64,000 nt of DNA from Caecitellus pseudoparvulus (GCA_965644315.1 CBFFRQ010000019.1:372001-436000), one strand, 5' to 3'; numbered from the stretch's first letter, positions 27,317 through 38,441 are shown. The notes: generated by a model not told the origin, from the sequence alone. Translations and numbers: made by a program.

Positions 27317-29207
27317 ATTTAAATATTCCAAGAGCTTTACCCATTGAATCTCCGACATCTTGCATCCAATTTATCAAACCTCCAGAACCAGCACCAACAA
27401 TAAATTTTTGTGTGAATTGTTCAGGGCTTAAATAGCGTCCTTGTCCAACTAGTGGGCGGTCGTCGTCGCTTTCTTCTCCTGTTCCATCTCGGAGCATACG
27501 TTGGACATCGTCAATAAGTTCCTGTGGGGGTGGTGTGTCATCATCCGAGATAGAATCAAAATAACCGAGTGACTCTTGTAATGCTGTTATTTCATCAATT
27601 AATTTTCTTCGTTGGACTCTTTCCGCTATTGATATATCTTCTCCTTTTTCTTTCATATGTTTGCTGAGTTTCTTTTGAAGTCCTTTTAATTTCTTTTCTT
27701 TTTCTTCATCTGTTAAATATTCCAATGGGTTTAATTTCGCATCTCGTATATCAATAGCTCTTTTTAATTCTCTAACCTGTTGTTGGAGTCCTTCACGCTC
27801 CTTTTTTTTACCCTTTCCTCTTGCTTTCTTTCCGTATCTTGTAATATGATTTAATAATCTTTCTCTTGCATCCTTCAATTGTTGCTCTAGTTGAACTATT
27901 TCAAACTCTACCCTATCTCTTTGAACGTCTTCAAGTTCGCCGACTTGTTCCGCCTCTGTGTCTGTTAGTTCTTGTGTTTCTCCGTCAATATCTTGTAAGA
28001 TTCTTTGCATATCATCAACCAACCTTAAGCTTGCTTGTTTTTCTGCATCTTTATTGTCTTCTAAAAATTTTAAGCCTTCTCTTAATCGTTTAATTCGTTG
28101 TTTTTGCTCAAATTGTTTTTCTTTATCTTGTTGTTTCTTTGCTCTTTGTTCTTCCTCTCTAATTGCTTTCTTTAAATCTGCTTTAAATTTTCTTAAATAT
28201 TCTTGAACGTCTCTTCTGTCCTTTAAGTTTGCTATATTATGCTGGGTTTCTTTTGTTATTCTTCCTGTAGTTCTCCCTTGGGTGCTTCGTCTCGTTGTTG
28301 CTTTCACATAATTTTCAATTTTTTTATATGCACTAACTGGCAGTAAATCTTTTAAATCATCTAATCCATTTTTAACCTCTTCATTAATTCGCTTCATATC
28401 TTCATTAAATAAATCATTCTTTTTGGCTTCTATAATTTGGTTAAAATCGCCGTCAAATTTTTGCTTTCTGTCTGATGGGTTCATATTATAGCTATTTATT
28501 AGGGATTGTAAAACTAAATATATTTTAAAAATAACTTCATAATAATTAACACGCTCCAAATAGTCTAAATATGTGGATGCTACTTTTTTATATACTACTG
28601 GTTCTCCTGTCCTTGATTGTTTTATATCCTTTCCGAATAAATCACGACCTATAAATAATTTCTCCATATTTCCTAAATAATTATCTAAATGTGTTTCTGT
28701 TATTTGGGCGTATCTTTCTAATGAACTTATTGATAATCCTAAACCATAAGCTTTTAAATTTCCTAACACCTGTTTTGCTTCTTTGGCGTTATTTGTTACT
28801 TCCTTTAAAGAAAAATCAACGTTGGAAAGCTCACTAAAAAATAATTCTAATGATGTTTTTACAGTTTCAGGCGTTTCTATATCATCACGTTTTGGAGGTG
28901 GAAGCCCTAAATTTAGCGTTTTTAGTTGTTCTGCTCGTCGTTTTAATTGCTCTCTTACTTTCGTATTATCACTAAGAACACCACCTCGCATATTTCCTAA
29001 TACCATATTATAATTTAATTGATTACTGTTTCCGCTGAAGCTATCAAGCCTATTAAATGAGCCCTGAGGTTGTGGTTTAGGTAATTTATATAAACCTTTT
29101 AAAAATCGTTCTTCATTTTTAGCGGTTTGTTTTAATCTATTTAATACGTTTCTTTTTGAATAATTCGCATATTTCAAATGAAATAAATCTCTTTCTTTAT
29201 TACTCAT
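27315..29207 (-). CDS. Conserved virophage protein B (coiled-coil C-terminal half)
   Basis: N-terminal half orthologous to 9295-11148; contains MRGG/VL, VGQG and VGAG motifs. Confidence 0.75.
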   Translation of the reverse strand: MSNKERDLFHLKYANYSKRNVLNRLKQTAKNEERFLKGLYKLPKPQPQGSFNRLDSFSGNSNQLNYNMVLGNMRGGVLSDNTKVREQLKRRAEQLKTLNLGLPPPKRDDIETPETVKTSLELFFSELSNVDFSLKEVTNNAKEAKQVLGNLKAYGLGLSISSLERYAQITETHLDNYLGNMEKLFIGRDLFGKDIKQSRTGEPVVYKKVASTYLDYLERVNYYEVIFKIYLVLQSLINSYNMNPSDRKQKFDGDFNQIIEAKKNDLFNEDMKRINEEVKNGLDDLKDLLPVSAYKKIENYVKATTRRSTQGRTTGRITKETQHNIANLKDRRDVQEYLRKFKADLKKAIREEEQRAKKQQDKEKQFEQKQRIKRLREGLKFLEDNKDAEKQASLRLVDDMQRILQDIDGETQELTDTEAEQVGELEDVQRDRVEFEIVQLEQQLKDARERLLNHITRYGKKARGKGKKKEREGLQQQVRELKRAIDIRDAKLNPLEYLTDEEKEKKLKGLQKKLSKHMKEKGEDISIAERVQRRKLIDEITALQESLGYFDSISDDDTPPPQELIDDVQRMLRDGTGEESDDDRPLVGQGRYLSPEQFTQKFIVGAGSGGLINWMQDVGDSMGKALGIFK

Positions 29208-29270
29208 ATATATTAAATAAGGATATTTTATTTTTATTGTTATATTAATTAATTAACGATAAAATAAAAT

Positions 29271-29912
29271 TTAATCTAATAAATGATTTTGTTTTATGTA
29301 TTTTGAAGCTTCCCCAAGGCTCATATTATGCTCTTTCATCAGTTGTGAAACTAATTTATTCCGTTTTTTTTGTTTTTCTGATAATTTTCTGGGTTTTTTA
29401 GCTTTTTTCATTTTGCCATATCCGACTGCCTCTAAACCTGCTTTAATATGTTGTCCATATGGAAGAGCTGGAGAAATGGCTTTTATTACCTTTCCTGCGG
29501 GCTTCCACACCATATCGAACCCTTTCTTAAAGTCTTTCCAAAAGCTACCACCTTTAATATGTCCGAGGTGCTTCTGTAATTCTTCCGCATATTTTTCGCC
29601 TAATTTCTGACCCCCTAAAAATTCACCCTGCTCACGGTCTGGAATTTTAGCCTTTTTAGCTCGTTTTCCTCCTACGGTTCTTTTTGTGCTTCCTAATAGA
29701 CCCTCGAGGCGTTTATCTGTATATGGTTCGGTGTTTAATTCGCCATAACTTCGTCCTCCGTAAGTGCGGTTATGTTGTGATGGTAAGTGAATAAGTTGCG
29801 GAAAATATACTGTATGACCTTTACCCCCTTCAACTGTTGAATTTTCAAGGGTTCGTGATTGTTCCATATTTAATAATAAATCCCTTAGTTCTTGGTTTTC
29901 TACTTGTGACAT
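29271..29912 (-). CDS. Small basic core protein B with amphipathic helix
   Basis: Ortholog of 11220-11831 (GGSFWKDFKKGFDMVWKPAGKVIK). Confidence 0.75.
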   Translation of the reverse strand: MSQVENQELRDLLLNMEQSRTLENSTVEGGKGHTVYFPQLIHLPSQHNRTYGGRSYGELNTEPYTDKRLEGLLGSTKRTVGGKRAKKAKIPDREQGEFLGGQKLGEKYAEELQKHLGHIKGGSFWKDFKKGFDMVWKPAGKVIKAISPALPYGQHIKAGLEAVGYGKMKKAKKPRKLSEKQKKRNKLVSQLMKEHNMSLGEASKYIKQNHLLD

Positions 29913-29941
29913 ATAATATATATAACTATATTTTTTTTTCC

Positions 29942-31923
29942 TTAGCGTAAAATAAATTCTTTAGTGTGAATATTTAAAATATTTTTTAAGATATCTTTTA
30001 ATTTATTTAGGTTTTGCTCCATTGTTTGAGGTTGTTTTAATATTGTTCTTATAGTTTGTAAAATATTATTTTCCTTTTTTAAATAGGAATTTACACTGTA
30101 TATATTAGATAACCTATAAATAAAACTTTCTATCGTATTTTTTATTTTATCGTTATTTGTTCTTGTTTCTAAATTTATTAACGTTAAAATAGCTACAATA
30201 TCATTTATTACACTGTATAATATGCCAACTTCACCATTAAAAAAATTTGTTAATTCTTGTAGTCGTTTTAATGTTTTTTCTTTTATTTTGTCGCTTTTAT
30301 TATATGTGTAAATATGTTTTAGTTTGGAGTATTCACGTTTTAAAGCCTTATAATATTCACCTTTCATTATATACGTTTTTATTTGGTCGTTTAGTGTGTC
30401 TTTAATATTTACTCTATAATTATTTATTCTTTTATTTTGCTTATCCCTTAATTCGTATATTATGGAAAAATCCATATATTTATTTCTTGTGAATCCTAAA
30501 GCGTCTATTTTTATTAATCCATCCGTTTTAAATGCTTGTTTTAGTGTGATTGTCTCGCCGTTTAATAGTGTTTTTTTTCCGTTTAATACTTCATCAGCAG
30601 TCCAACGCATAATATGAAATCTTAAAGCGTCTTTTATTTCTGCTAATTCTGCAGGTGTTGGATTTTCCTTAATTAATTTATATAATTTGGCTTTTTCTGT
30701 TTCGCTTAAAAATGATAACTTATTTTTTATATCTTCCTTTATTTGGCTTGGTTTGTATCCTATTAATTTATTATTTTTTTTATAAATATTGGGTAAAATT
30801 TCAAATGGTCTATATTCACCGATTTTTATATCATCATAAATTAAATATATATTTTGTGCTTTTATTAATTCTTTTATTTTATTTTGAAATTCTTTAACAA
30901 ATTTATTTAAATTATCAACTTTAACGACTTCATATAAATCAAAATCTGAGGGGTAAATAGTCGCTTTTATTGCAGACGAGCCCATAACCTCAACATTATT
31001 TATATTAAATGAAAGAGCTTTTATTATTTCTATTGTATCGATTCCGTAATTTTGAGGCTTTTTTTTTGTTAATACTGACCCAGCACCCGTTATTTTATTC
31101 CACCAAGCCCCAAGGCGTGTGGCTACCTTTGACACTGGCGATAAATAAGAAGCGTTTTTTTTAAATTATCGTAAATCTCGGATATATCCTGATATATAAA
31201 TTTTGTTGTTCTGTCACTGCTTAAATTATTAGCTTCTAAAATTGATAATATGAAATTTTGGCAATTATTACTAAATGCATCATAATCAAAATATTTTTTA
31301 TCGCCCATAAATTCCCTTGTTTTTTTTAACATTTGATTTAAATTTAAGCCTCCTTGATATTTTTCAACTGGTGTGCTTTCGCTGTGTTTATTTTGTTTTA
31401 CATTAAAAGACACGTTTATTTCTGCGTTTTTCTCAACCACTACATAACGCCCATTAATAGAACAAATTAAAGATAAATGAAAAAAATTATCAAATCCGTA
31501 ATTATGCATAAGTTCCTTAAAATAACCAAAAGAAAGCGTATTTAATATATTAATTAAAGTTTTTTGAACTGGTGTGCGAACTATCATAATATTAGTTATT
31601 GGTTTATCGCCTACTTCTTTTAATGTGCGTTTTGTTTCGTTCGTGTAATCTGTGCGGTAATTAAAAGGCTTTGTTATGTTATCTTCAATCCTATCTATTG
31701 GTTTAAATTTATCTTTTACTTTATTATAACCTTTCTTTAAAAATGAAAATGTTGAACTTGCACCTTTACGGAAAAAATCACCGATTCCTGAGCCGTGGAA
31801 GCTACTTAATATAATTTGTTTTAATTCTGCTTTTTTTATTTGTTTTGGTGGATATTCTCCATAAAGCTCTTTATATAATCCTTTTAATTCCGCTTTTGTT
31901 AAATTATACGCTTGAGCTTTCAT
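29942..31923 (-). CDS. HeH/peptidase/nucleotidyltransferase polyprotein B, split by a 1-nt frameshift at an A8 run (31155-31162)
   Basis: ORFs 31123-31923 and 29942-31135 together align end to end with 11831-13834; adding one A restores DNLKKNASYLSPVSKVATRLGAWW. Confidence 0.8.
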
Positions 31924-31977
31924 AATGTATATATATAATAGGTTGATAATTTATTTAAATAAAATATTTATTAATAC

Positions 31978-32181
31978 TTAATTTAAATTATTGTATTCTT
32001 TTAATAGTTCTACATATTCATTTATCTCGTGAGGTAAAAAATATATTGAAATTTGAGAATAAAAAAACGGACGGTTAATATCCATAAATCCACTAATGCT
32101 CTCATTAAATCGCTCTTTTAATGAAACAGTTTTTAAATATTGTTGATTGGTTTTTGAGATGAACTCCATATAATATCCCAT
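31978..32181 (-). CDS. Small hypothetical viral protein (67 aa)
   Basis: ATG preceded by ACTTAAAGATTTATTTAT on the coding strand; co-oriented with the module. Confidence 0.45.
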   Translation of the reverse strand: MGYYMEFISKTNQQYLKTVSLKERFNESISGFMDINRPFFYSQISIYFLPHEINEYVELLKEYNNLN

Positions 32182-32189
32182 ATAAATAA

Positions 32190-32840
32190 ATCTTTAAGTG
32201 GTTTTGTTTAAGTATAAAAATAATAAAAAAATAACAATTGAAGAGGCTTTTATTATATACTCTATTATTTATTTTATTGGTGATGCCTTTTAATATCTCA
32301 TTTGATGAAGCCTATTTTATTGATTGATTGACTGATTAATAAAATAATTAATTGACTGATTGAATAAATATATATTTTCCCTAGCACTTTTTATATCCCT
32401 AACTATTTTTATTTATTTTTTAAAAATTTATTGATTGAGCGAATGTATGAAGGTTTTATATGCTTTTAGAAGGTTATACTGTTTTAGGGTAAAAATAAGG
32501 GTTAAATCCCTAAAAAAAAAAAACTTTTTTTATTTTATTATTTCTGAAAGATATTATTTTTTTTTGGGGTAATTTTAAAATTTTAACCCTAAAAACTTTA
32601 ATTATTTATATTTTTATTATTAGGGACTAAATAAGGGATAAATCCCTAAAAAAGAAAAACTATTTTTATTTTATTATTTATAAAAAATATTATTTTTTTT
32701 TGGGGACTTTATATTATAATATTTTCTTACGAAAATCCTTTTAATTTCCCATATGAGAAATACCATAAAATATAATTTCGCAGAAATTAAATTACGTAGT
32801 AAAGGGAAGAATGAGAAATTAGCGGAGCGATTTTATTTCT
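32190..32840. repeat. Non-coding terminal region of element B with a ~78-bp imperfect direct repeat (about 32494-32570 and 32630-32706)
   Basis: ATAAGGGwTAAATCCCTAAAAAA...TTTTATTATTT...ATATTATTTTTTTTTGGGG occurs twice; TTGATTGATTG and TGATGAAG motifs. Confidence 0.7.
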
Positions 32841-32932
32841 CCTTCTTCTTGTTGTTTGCACTCGTTGCCGCCGCTTGTTCGTGGCAGTTGCAAGCTGTTC
32901 TGGCGGCAGGGCGCCCGCAGGAGGGCCCATTC

Positions 32933-33976
32933 ATGGACGCTGACATTGCTGCGGCTGCCCTGCGTGCCGCCCCCGGGCCGGGGCAGGCTGCCACCGCGAA
33001 CCCCGACATGCCCCAGTTGCCGGCCTGCCCGGCATGCGGCACGGCAGGTGGCAACGGGCGACAGTGCACCCCCCTCACAGAGCTGCTGCAGGCCAAGGCA
33101 GTGCATGCAGCACCGGCCTTGAGTGGCAGTGACAGTGATGTGGAGGGCGAGGGGGCGGTGGGCTCCGCTGCAATGCGACGGCGTGTGGCGAACCTGTGGC
33201 CGTCGCGCACGCTGAAGCTGTTGGGGCGAGTCACCCCCGACGCCGCCGCAGACGCCGCCCTCGTCTCCACGCTGGCGCTCACTGCTGCCGCCATCCCCTG
33301 CTCTGCAGAGGGCGCAGCTCTCCTGCGCCACCTGCCGCCTGCAGTGTGGGGCACCAGTGCGAGAAGGCAGCGGCAGGGTGCCTCCGCTGCCCTGGCGGCA
33401 CTGCACCTGTACTGGGCGGCGCTGTCCGCCCCCCAGCCTGACACGGCCACAGTGCGTGGGGCATGGGAGGCACTGACCAGCCGCATCGCTCCCATGGTGC
33501 AGGATGCAGAGCTGGCGGGCAGCCTGGACCAGTTACATGTGGCCGACCTGCCGCATGCACACCAAGCCCGCCTGGCACGGGGGCTGCTGTGCGGGCACGC
33601 CTGGGTATATGTGGGGTGGCAGCGCCTGCAGTCAGAAGTGGGTGCACCTGGGCTGCCCGCGCTGCATGCTGCCCTGGACGCAGGCACTGCCACCGTGGAG
33701 TCGGTGCTGGCGGCCTCCTCCGGACCGCACCAGGCAGTGACATCTCACGTTGCGGCGACAGTGCTGGTCCGGGCCCTGGGGCGTGCAGCAGGCCACGCTA
33801 CTGGCGTGCGTTGGAAGCTGGCGGCTGGCCTCGTGCCGCGAGGCGATCAGCTGCGCAAGGCGGACCACGAAGCCCTGGCACATGCCCAGCTCACGCCAGC
33901 ATACGGCTGCCTCGCACACGCTGTCCTGGCCGACCCCTTTGAAGCAGTGAAGAGGAGATCTGGGGGCGCAAAGTAG
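32933..33976 (+). CDS. Host hypothetical protein (Ala-rich)
   Basis: GC-rich ORF; the first ATG inside host-composition DNA is at 32933 (MDADIAAA). Confidence 0.55.
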   Translation: MDADIAAAALRAAPGPGQAATANPDMPQLPACPACGTAGGNGRQCTPLTELLQAKAVHAAPALSGSDSDVEGEGAVGSAAMRRRVANLWPSRTLKLLGRVTPDAAADAALVSTLALTAAAIPCSAEGAALLRHLPPAVWGTSARRQRQGASAALAALHLYWAALSAPQPDTATVRGAWEALTSRIAPMVQDAELAGSLDQLHVADLPHAHQARLARGLLCGHAWVYVGWQRLQSEVGAPGLPALHAALDAGTATVESVLAASSGPHQAVTSHVAATVLVRALGRAAGHATGVRWKLAAGLVPRGDQLRKADHEALAHAQLTPAYGCLAHAVLADPFEAVKRRSGGAK

Positions 33977-34101
33977 GTGCAGTAGATGGGCTATGTCAAA
34001 ATTAAATGACACCATCCTTCGTACTGCCTTTTAACGCCCTTCCGTGTGCGAGGGAGGCGTGTCCCGCCTGGCTGGGCCAAGGGGAGTCAATTTCCGCAGC
34101 C

Positions 34102-35000
34102 ATGCAGCTGCTGTCCCTGGCACAGCTGCAACGCTCCGCCCTGCACACAGGCATGGCGCTGTCACTGGTCACCGGACTGGCTCCCTCCCTGACGTGCTAT
34201 GAGATGCTGGCTGCTCAGAGCACGCTGCAGTACAAGCCCCAGCGATTCCTTGTGTTTCTTGCAGACAACATTGTTGGAGGCGCATTTGCACTGGCCATGG
34301 CGTCCTGGGAGCTCGGGGCCAACCGCGTCGTGAACGTGGCTGCAGCAGTGCTATATTTAGTTGCATATGCATGGGCTGCCGGGGGACATCGTGGCTGGCA
34401 TGTGCTGGGGTCAGCTGCAGCCTTGGCGCTTGCAGCTTCCGCCTGCTGCGCTGCCGTGCTGCACTGGCGCAGCAGCGATGATGCGACAGCCCTGCTTGGC
34501 AGTGTAAGCACGGCATCAGGCTCTGTACAGGCTCTCCTTCCACTGCTGCAGCTGGTGTGTGCATTGCCGCAACGCCTGCCCATGATTCCCGCAGGGGCAG
34601 GCATTCCACTCCTCGCATCCTTGCGCAGCCCACGATTCTTTCCAGCGGGGACGCACGCAGTATCCCCGTTCCATGGGTCTTCATGAGTGCAGTGTCAGGG
34701 TGTGTACCGCCTCTGGCATGCTGGCCGCGGGATCGCACATGCACCCAAGCTGTCGACTGGCGCTTCAAACGCAGTACTGCGTGGCTGGTCTGGTCGTGGC
34801 TGGCCCGGAACCCGTACACGGCCGTCTCCTGCCTGGCGTCTGCGGGGGCTGCATACACGCAGCTCGCCGTTGCATGGGGTCTCAGGTCCTCGCAAGAGCA
34901 AGGCAAGAAACCCGAGCCGGTGCCGGACTCACCACAAGTGCACGAAACGGCGGGAGCAGGGATACGGCGGCGACGGGCAAAGCTGCCGCCCAAGGAGTGA
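34102..35000 (+). CDS. SWEET/MtN3-family sugar transporter (spliced, about two short introns)
   Basis: Two MtN3-like repeats: LAPSLTCYEMLAAQST..Y.P..F and LLPLLQL/PTILSSGDARSIP.PW...W..W...NPY; about seven hydrophobic segments. Confidence 0.7.
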
Positions 35001-35002
35001 CC

Positions 35003-36422
35003 TCACTGCCTTCCCATGCAACACGTGGACGTCGAGGGAGCGGGGCTGGCCTGTGGTGGGGATGGGCCGGTGTGTGCTGGAGCTGTCAGGAACTGCGCCG
35101 GCTCCTCGTCCAAGCTGCCAGAGCCGTACAGCCAGTCGAGCTCCAGCAGCGCTTGCCCCGCTGTAGCCCTCTGTGCTGGGTCCCACCGCAGCATGCTACA
35201 ACTCAGTGCCGCAACGCAGCGCGGCACCCCCAGGCCAGCCAATACATCCAGCACTGTTTGCTGCGGGAGCGGGCTGGCCAGGGCAGGTGGACAGGCCGCG
35301 CGAAGGGCAGACAGGGTGGCGTGGCCACTGCCACTGATGCCCATGGCGGCCGTTTCTACTTCAGACGGCATGCCAAGCAATGCAAGGTGCTGCAGTAGTT
35401 GTTGGCCGTCGTCACGCATGGCGCAGAAGAGGGGGGCTCCCAGGAACACCTGCACGATGATGGAGGCGAGAGCCCACAAGTCCACTGCCGTGCTGTAGCT
35501 CGTGCTGCCCAGCAGGATCTCTGGCGCACGATACCACCTGGTGGTGATGAAGCACGTGTGATTGCTGGTGCCGTCCACATGCTTTGCACTGCCGAAGTCG
35601 GCAAGCTGCAGCATGAAGGGCACCGGGTGTGGCAGAGCTGCCGCGCCAGCACTCTCCTGCATGCGGCGCTCCAGGAGGATGTTGGGCGGCTTCAAGTCCC
35701 GGTGGGCGATGCCAAGACTGTGCAAATCATGCACTGCGTGCAGGAGCTGCAGGATCAGCGCGCGCCCGACACTGTGGCGAGTGGCCCTGCTCTCATCCGC
35801 GCCAGGCAGTCCAGTGAACGATGGCAGGGAGCCCAGCACCCAGTCCTCCAGCGTGCCGCTGGCACGGCGCATGACGACGTTCAAGTACAGCACAGGGGCC
35901 TCTTCGTGGCTGGTTCGCAGTGGGGCTGAGTCCTTCCACTGCCGGGAGGTGGCGGGGCGCTGCTGCGGCTGCACATGGGCCAGCTCGGCGGAAAGGAAGG
36001 CGTCCACAGCGACGGTTTGCCCAAACACCTTGGAGTCCTGCAGCGTTTGCAGCATTTCAATTTCGCGGCTCTTGTATGCTGACATGAGGCGCACTTCGCT
36101 GCCACGCTCAGCTCGGGCCTCCTGCAGGCGTGTGCCACTGTCAACCACCGCCATGCGCACTCCGGAGCCGTGCCCTATGGTGGAAGGTTGCACAGTGTGC
36201 ACCCTTGCACGACGACGGGACAGTCTGACTCGTTTCAGCACCAGGCCCTGGGGTGCGAGCGGGGATGGTTGAGCACGCGGCGGCGTTGCAGCAGGTGCAG
36301 GCAATGCTCACTGGCATGACACGGTGCTGGTCTTTGGCTTCGAACACAGTTCCAAACGTGCCCTTGCCTAACGCTTTTCCAACCGAGTACTGAGTTGACT
36401 GGGTTTGCTGCCTTGGCTCCAT
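35003..36422 (-). CDS. CMGC-group Ser/Thr protein kinase (GSK3/MAK-like), spliced
   Basis: Exon 1 LGKGTFGTVF; exon 2 VLKR, HRDLKPPNIL, LADFGSAK, TRWYRAPEILLG, DLW. Confidence 0.9.
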
Positions 36423-36905
36423 GTTGGTGGGGAGCTGCTGCTGTGTCTGGCCAAGCGAGAAACGCGCTGCGTTGCAACGTGGGTCTACCCACGATGTCGC
36501 GGCGTAGCCGGGAGTGGATGGGCAAAGAGGAGATGATGCATATCGGTGCTGTAGGAAGTGTACAATGTGTGGAGAATTCTTTTTATCTGGTGCGGTACAG
36601 TGAGCTCAGGACCAGAGCCGTCTCCGCCGTCGTGCAGGAGGAGAGGCGTGCGCGCACAGGAAGTGCACACTGTTGGCTTGCCCGAAGTTAGCAAAGCCCG
36701 CGCAAATCATCAAACACTGTCATTGCAGGCGAGAGGGATCTGTTAAGAGGGTATGCCGACGGAAAGCATCACTCACCAAGCTCCCAATGCAAGCGTGGTG
36801 CCCTCCATGAAGCTGCGGAATCTGGCGTGGAGTTTCATTGTGCCAGCGTTTCACGCAAGGTCTCGCGCCCTGCTACACTCTCCACCTTGCGATTGAGGCA
36901 GCGGC

Positions 36906-38306
36906 ATGAGCTCCTTTCCTCACATTTACACACGAACCTCCAGATCCGGACAAGGGCAGCGCCCTGGCCATGCTGCTCCACTCCACACTCCACTCCGGCG
37001 TGGCAGCAGCTTGCGGGGGGGTGGGTCCGGCTTGGCGTCTTTTTCTACTAGCCAAAGCAGGTGGGGTCGGGCTGGGGCCATGTCTCCGATAGCTCCCCGG
37101 TCTCCACGAGATACTTCTCCGCCTTCGTCTGCCCATGGGCTCGCCGTGGTGGGCGAACACATGGGGGGGCCGCCACAGAGCGGCAGCGCGAGCCGAGTCA
37201 TTGCGGAGCCTTGTCCCATATGCACCAAGCAACTGCCCAAACTCCGTGCACAGCTGCACCGAGAACGGTCTGCGCGCACCGATGCCCAGCAGAAAGGCGA
37301 AGCTGCCTCCAAGAAGTGTGCCGCCTTGGCCAGGAAGCTGACTGCGCTGCAGGCAGCGTTGAGTGAGAGTGAGCAGAGTCTGCGAGAGGCACGAGCTGCC
37401 CCAGAGCAAGCGGTGGACACGCCTTCCCTGAAAGCCGCCCAAGCAGCCGCCAGAGCCAGTGAAGCGCGCGCTGCCGCTGCCGAGGAGGCGCTGGCGGCTC
37501 AAACTGCTCGCACTGCCGCGGCAGAGACCCAGCTGAGAGCTGCGGAAGCGACGTTGGAGAGCAGCGTGCCGGCAGCACACGCAAGTGAGCAGGAGCAAAG
37601 GCTGAGCGAGCAAGTGCGTGCCTTGTCAGAGAAAGAGTCTGAGCAAGCCGCAGCCCTGGCCAAGTGCCAGGCTTCGCTGCGTGAGAGGGAGGCAGAGTTG
37701 AGCCGCGTGCAGGAGGACTTTGCTGCGTTTCGCAAGGGCATGCAGGAGTTTCGCGACGCAGCGAACTCGGCGGTGACCATGCACAAGGACATGGCACTTG
37801 CAGTGGCACAGGCGGCGACGGCAGCCAAGCAGGTGGCTGCCCGTGAGGCTCTGGTGTCCATGATGCGAGTGTGCGTGGTTGCGCCACAAGTGACGCTCAA
37901 GCTCACCCGCAGCAGCACGGTGCGGCATGGCGTGCGTGGCTCTGCCGCACCGGCACTCGCTGCCAGCGACACGCACATAGAGTCTGGGCAGTTCACTTCC
38001 CGTGCACCACTGGAAGAAGGCATGAAGAAGTTGAAGGATACAATTAGCCGGGAAGTCATGCCCAAGTTCACGACTGTGTACACGAAAGCCATGCAGGCCG
38101 CTGACGAGGTGCTTGCTGCGGCGGGGTTGGGGGAAGCCCTGCCCGGGCGTGGGACAGAGCACGCCTTCCAGGCCATGAGTGATGCCGAGGAGGCAGCGAA
38201 GATGTCCGAGCTGTGCGATCGCATGGCCACTGCTGTGGAGCGCATCGTCGCGCGTGAATTCGACGCGGAAGTGCGAGTGACTCGCACGGCGGCAGATGGC
38301 ATCTGA
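36906..38306 (+). CDS. Host coiled-coil hypothetical protein
   Basis: 466-aa ORF with CPIC followed by a long Ala/Glu/Gln heptad region. Confidence 0.65.
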   Translation: MSSFPHIYTRTSRSGQGQRPGHAAPLHTPLRRGSSLRGGGSGLASFSTSQSRWGRAGAMSPIAPRSPRDTSPPSSAHGLAVVGEHMGGPPQSGSASRVIAEPCPICTKQLPKLRAQLHRERSARTDAQQKGEAASKKCAALARKLTALQAALSESEQSLREARAAPEQAVDTPSLKAAQAAARASEARAAAAEEALAAQTARTAAAETQLRAAEATLESSVPAAHASEQEQRLSEQVRALSEKESEQAAALAKCQASLREREAELSRVQEDFAAFRKGMQEFRDAANSAVTMHKDMALAVAQAATAAKQVAAREALVSMMRVCVVAPQVTLKLTRSSTVRHGVRGSAAPALAASDTHIESGQFTSRAPLEEGMKKLKDTISREVMPKFTTVYTKAMQAADEVLAAAGLGEALPGRGTEHAFQAMSDAEEAAKMSELCDRMATAVERIVAREFDAEVRVTRTAADGI

Positions 38307-38441
38307 GCGCCGTGCAGCGTCCCACGAGCCCACGCAGGCAGGCGCACTGGCCTGTGGCAAGCACGTGGGTCCTTGCATTTGCAAACGTGTACACGGCCTT
38401 GCGCCCCCCGCCCCGTGTCGCGAGCTGCACACTACACGTGT

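Larger units (their letters stand above)
19416..32840 (-). mobile_element. Endogenous virophage element B (morphogenesis module plus terminal region; right junction with host DNA at roughly 32,820-32,860)
   Basis: Second full set of MCP, penton, protease, ATPase, fibre and core genes in the same order as element A but diverged; abrupt switch to GC-rich intron-containing DNA at the right end. Confidence 0.88.

Noticed and set aside
19416-32840. Terminal inverted repeats enclosing element B within the window
   Set aside because: No inverted match found by eye between 19.4-20.5 kb and 32.2-32.85 kb, so B is not a self-contained TIR element here.
1-32840. Recent tandem duplication or assembly duplication of one element
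   Set aside because: Orthologues are substantially diverged with indels and different gene content; they are two distinct virophages.
1-32840. Bacterial prophage or CRISPR array
   Set aside because: No Shine-Dalgarno pattern, no terminase, portal or tail genes, and no repeat-spacer array. The 33-bp repeats are separated by whole genes and the 78-bp repeats are coding.
32753-32932. Apparent virus-host fusion ORF starting at 32753
   Set aside because: The ATG lies in the viral terminal region and is simply in frame with the host ORF; there is no promoter motif or other sign that it is used.
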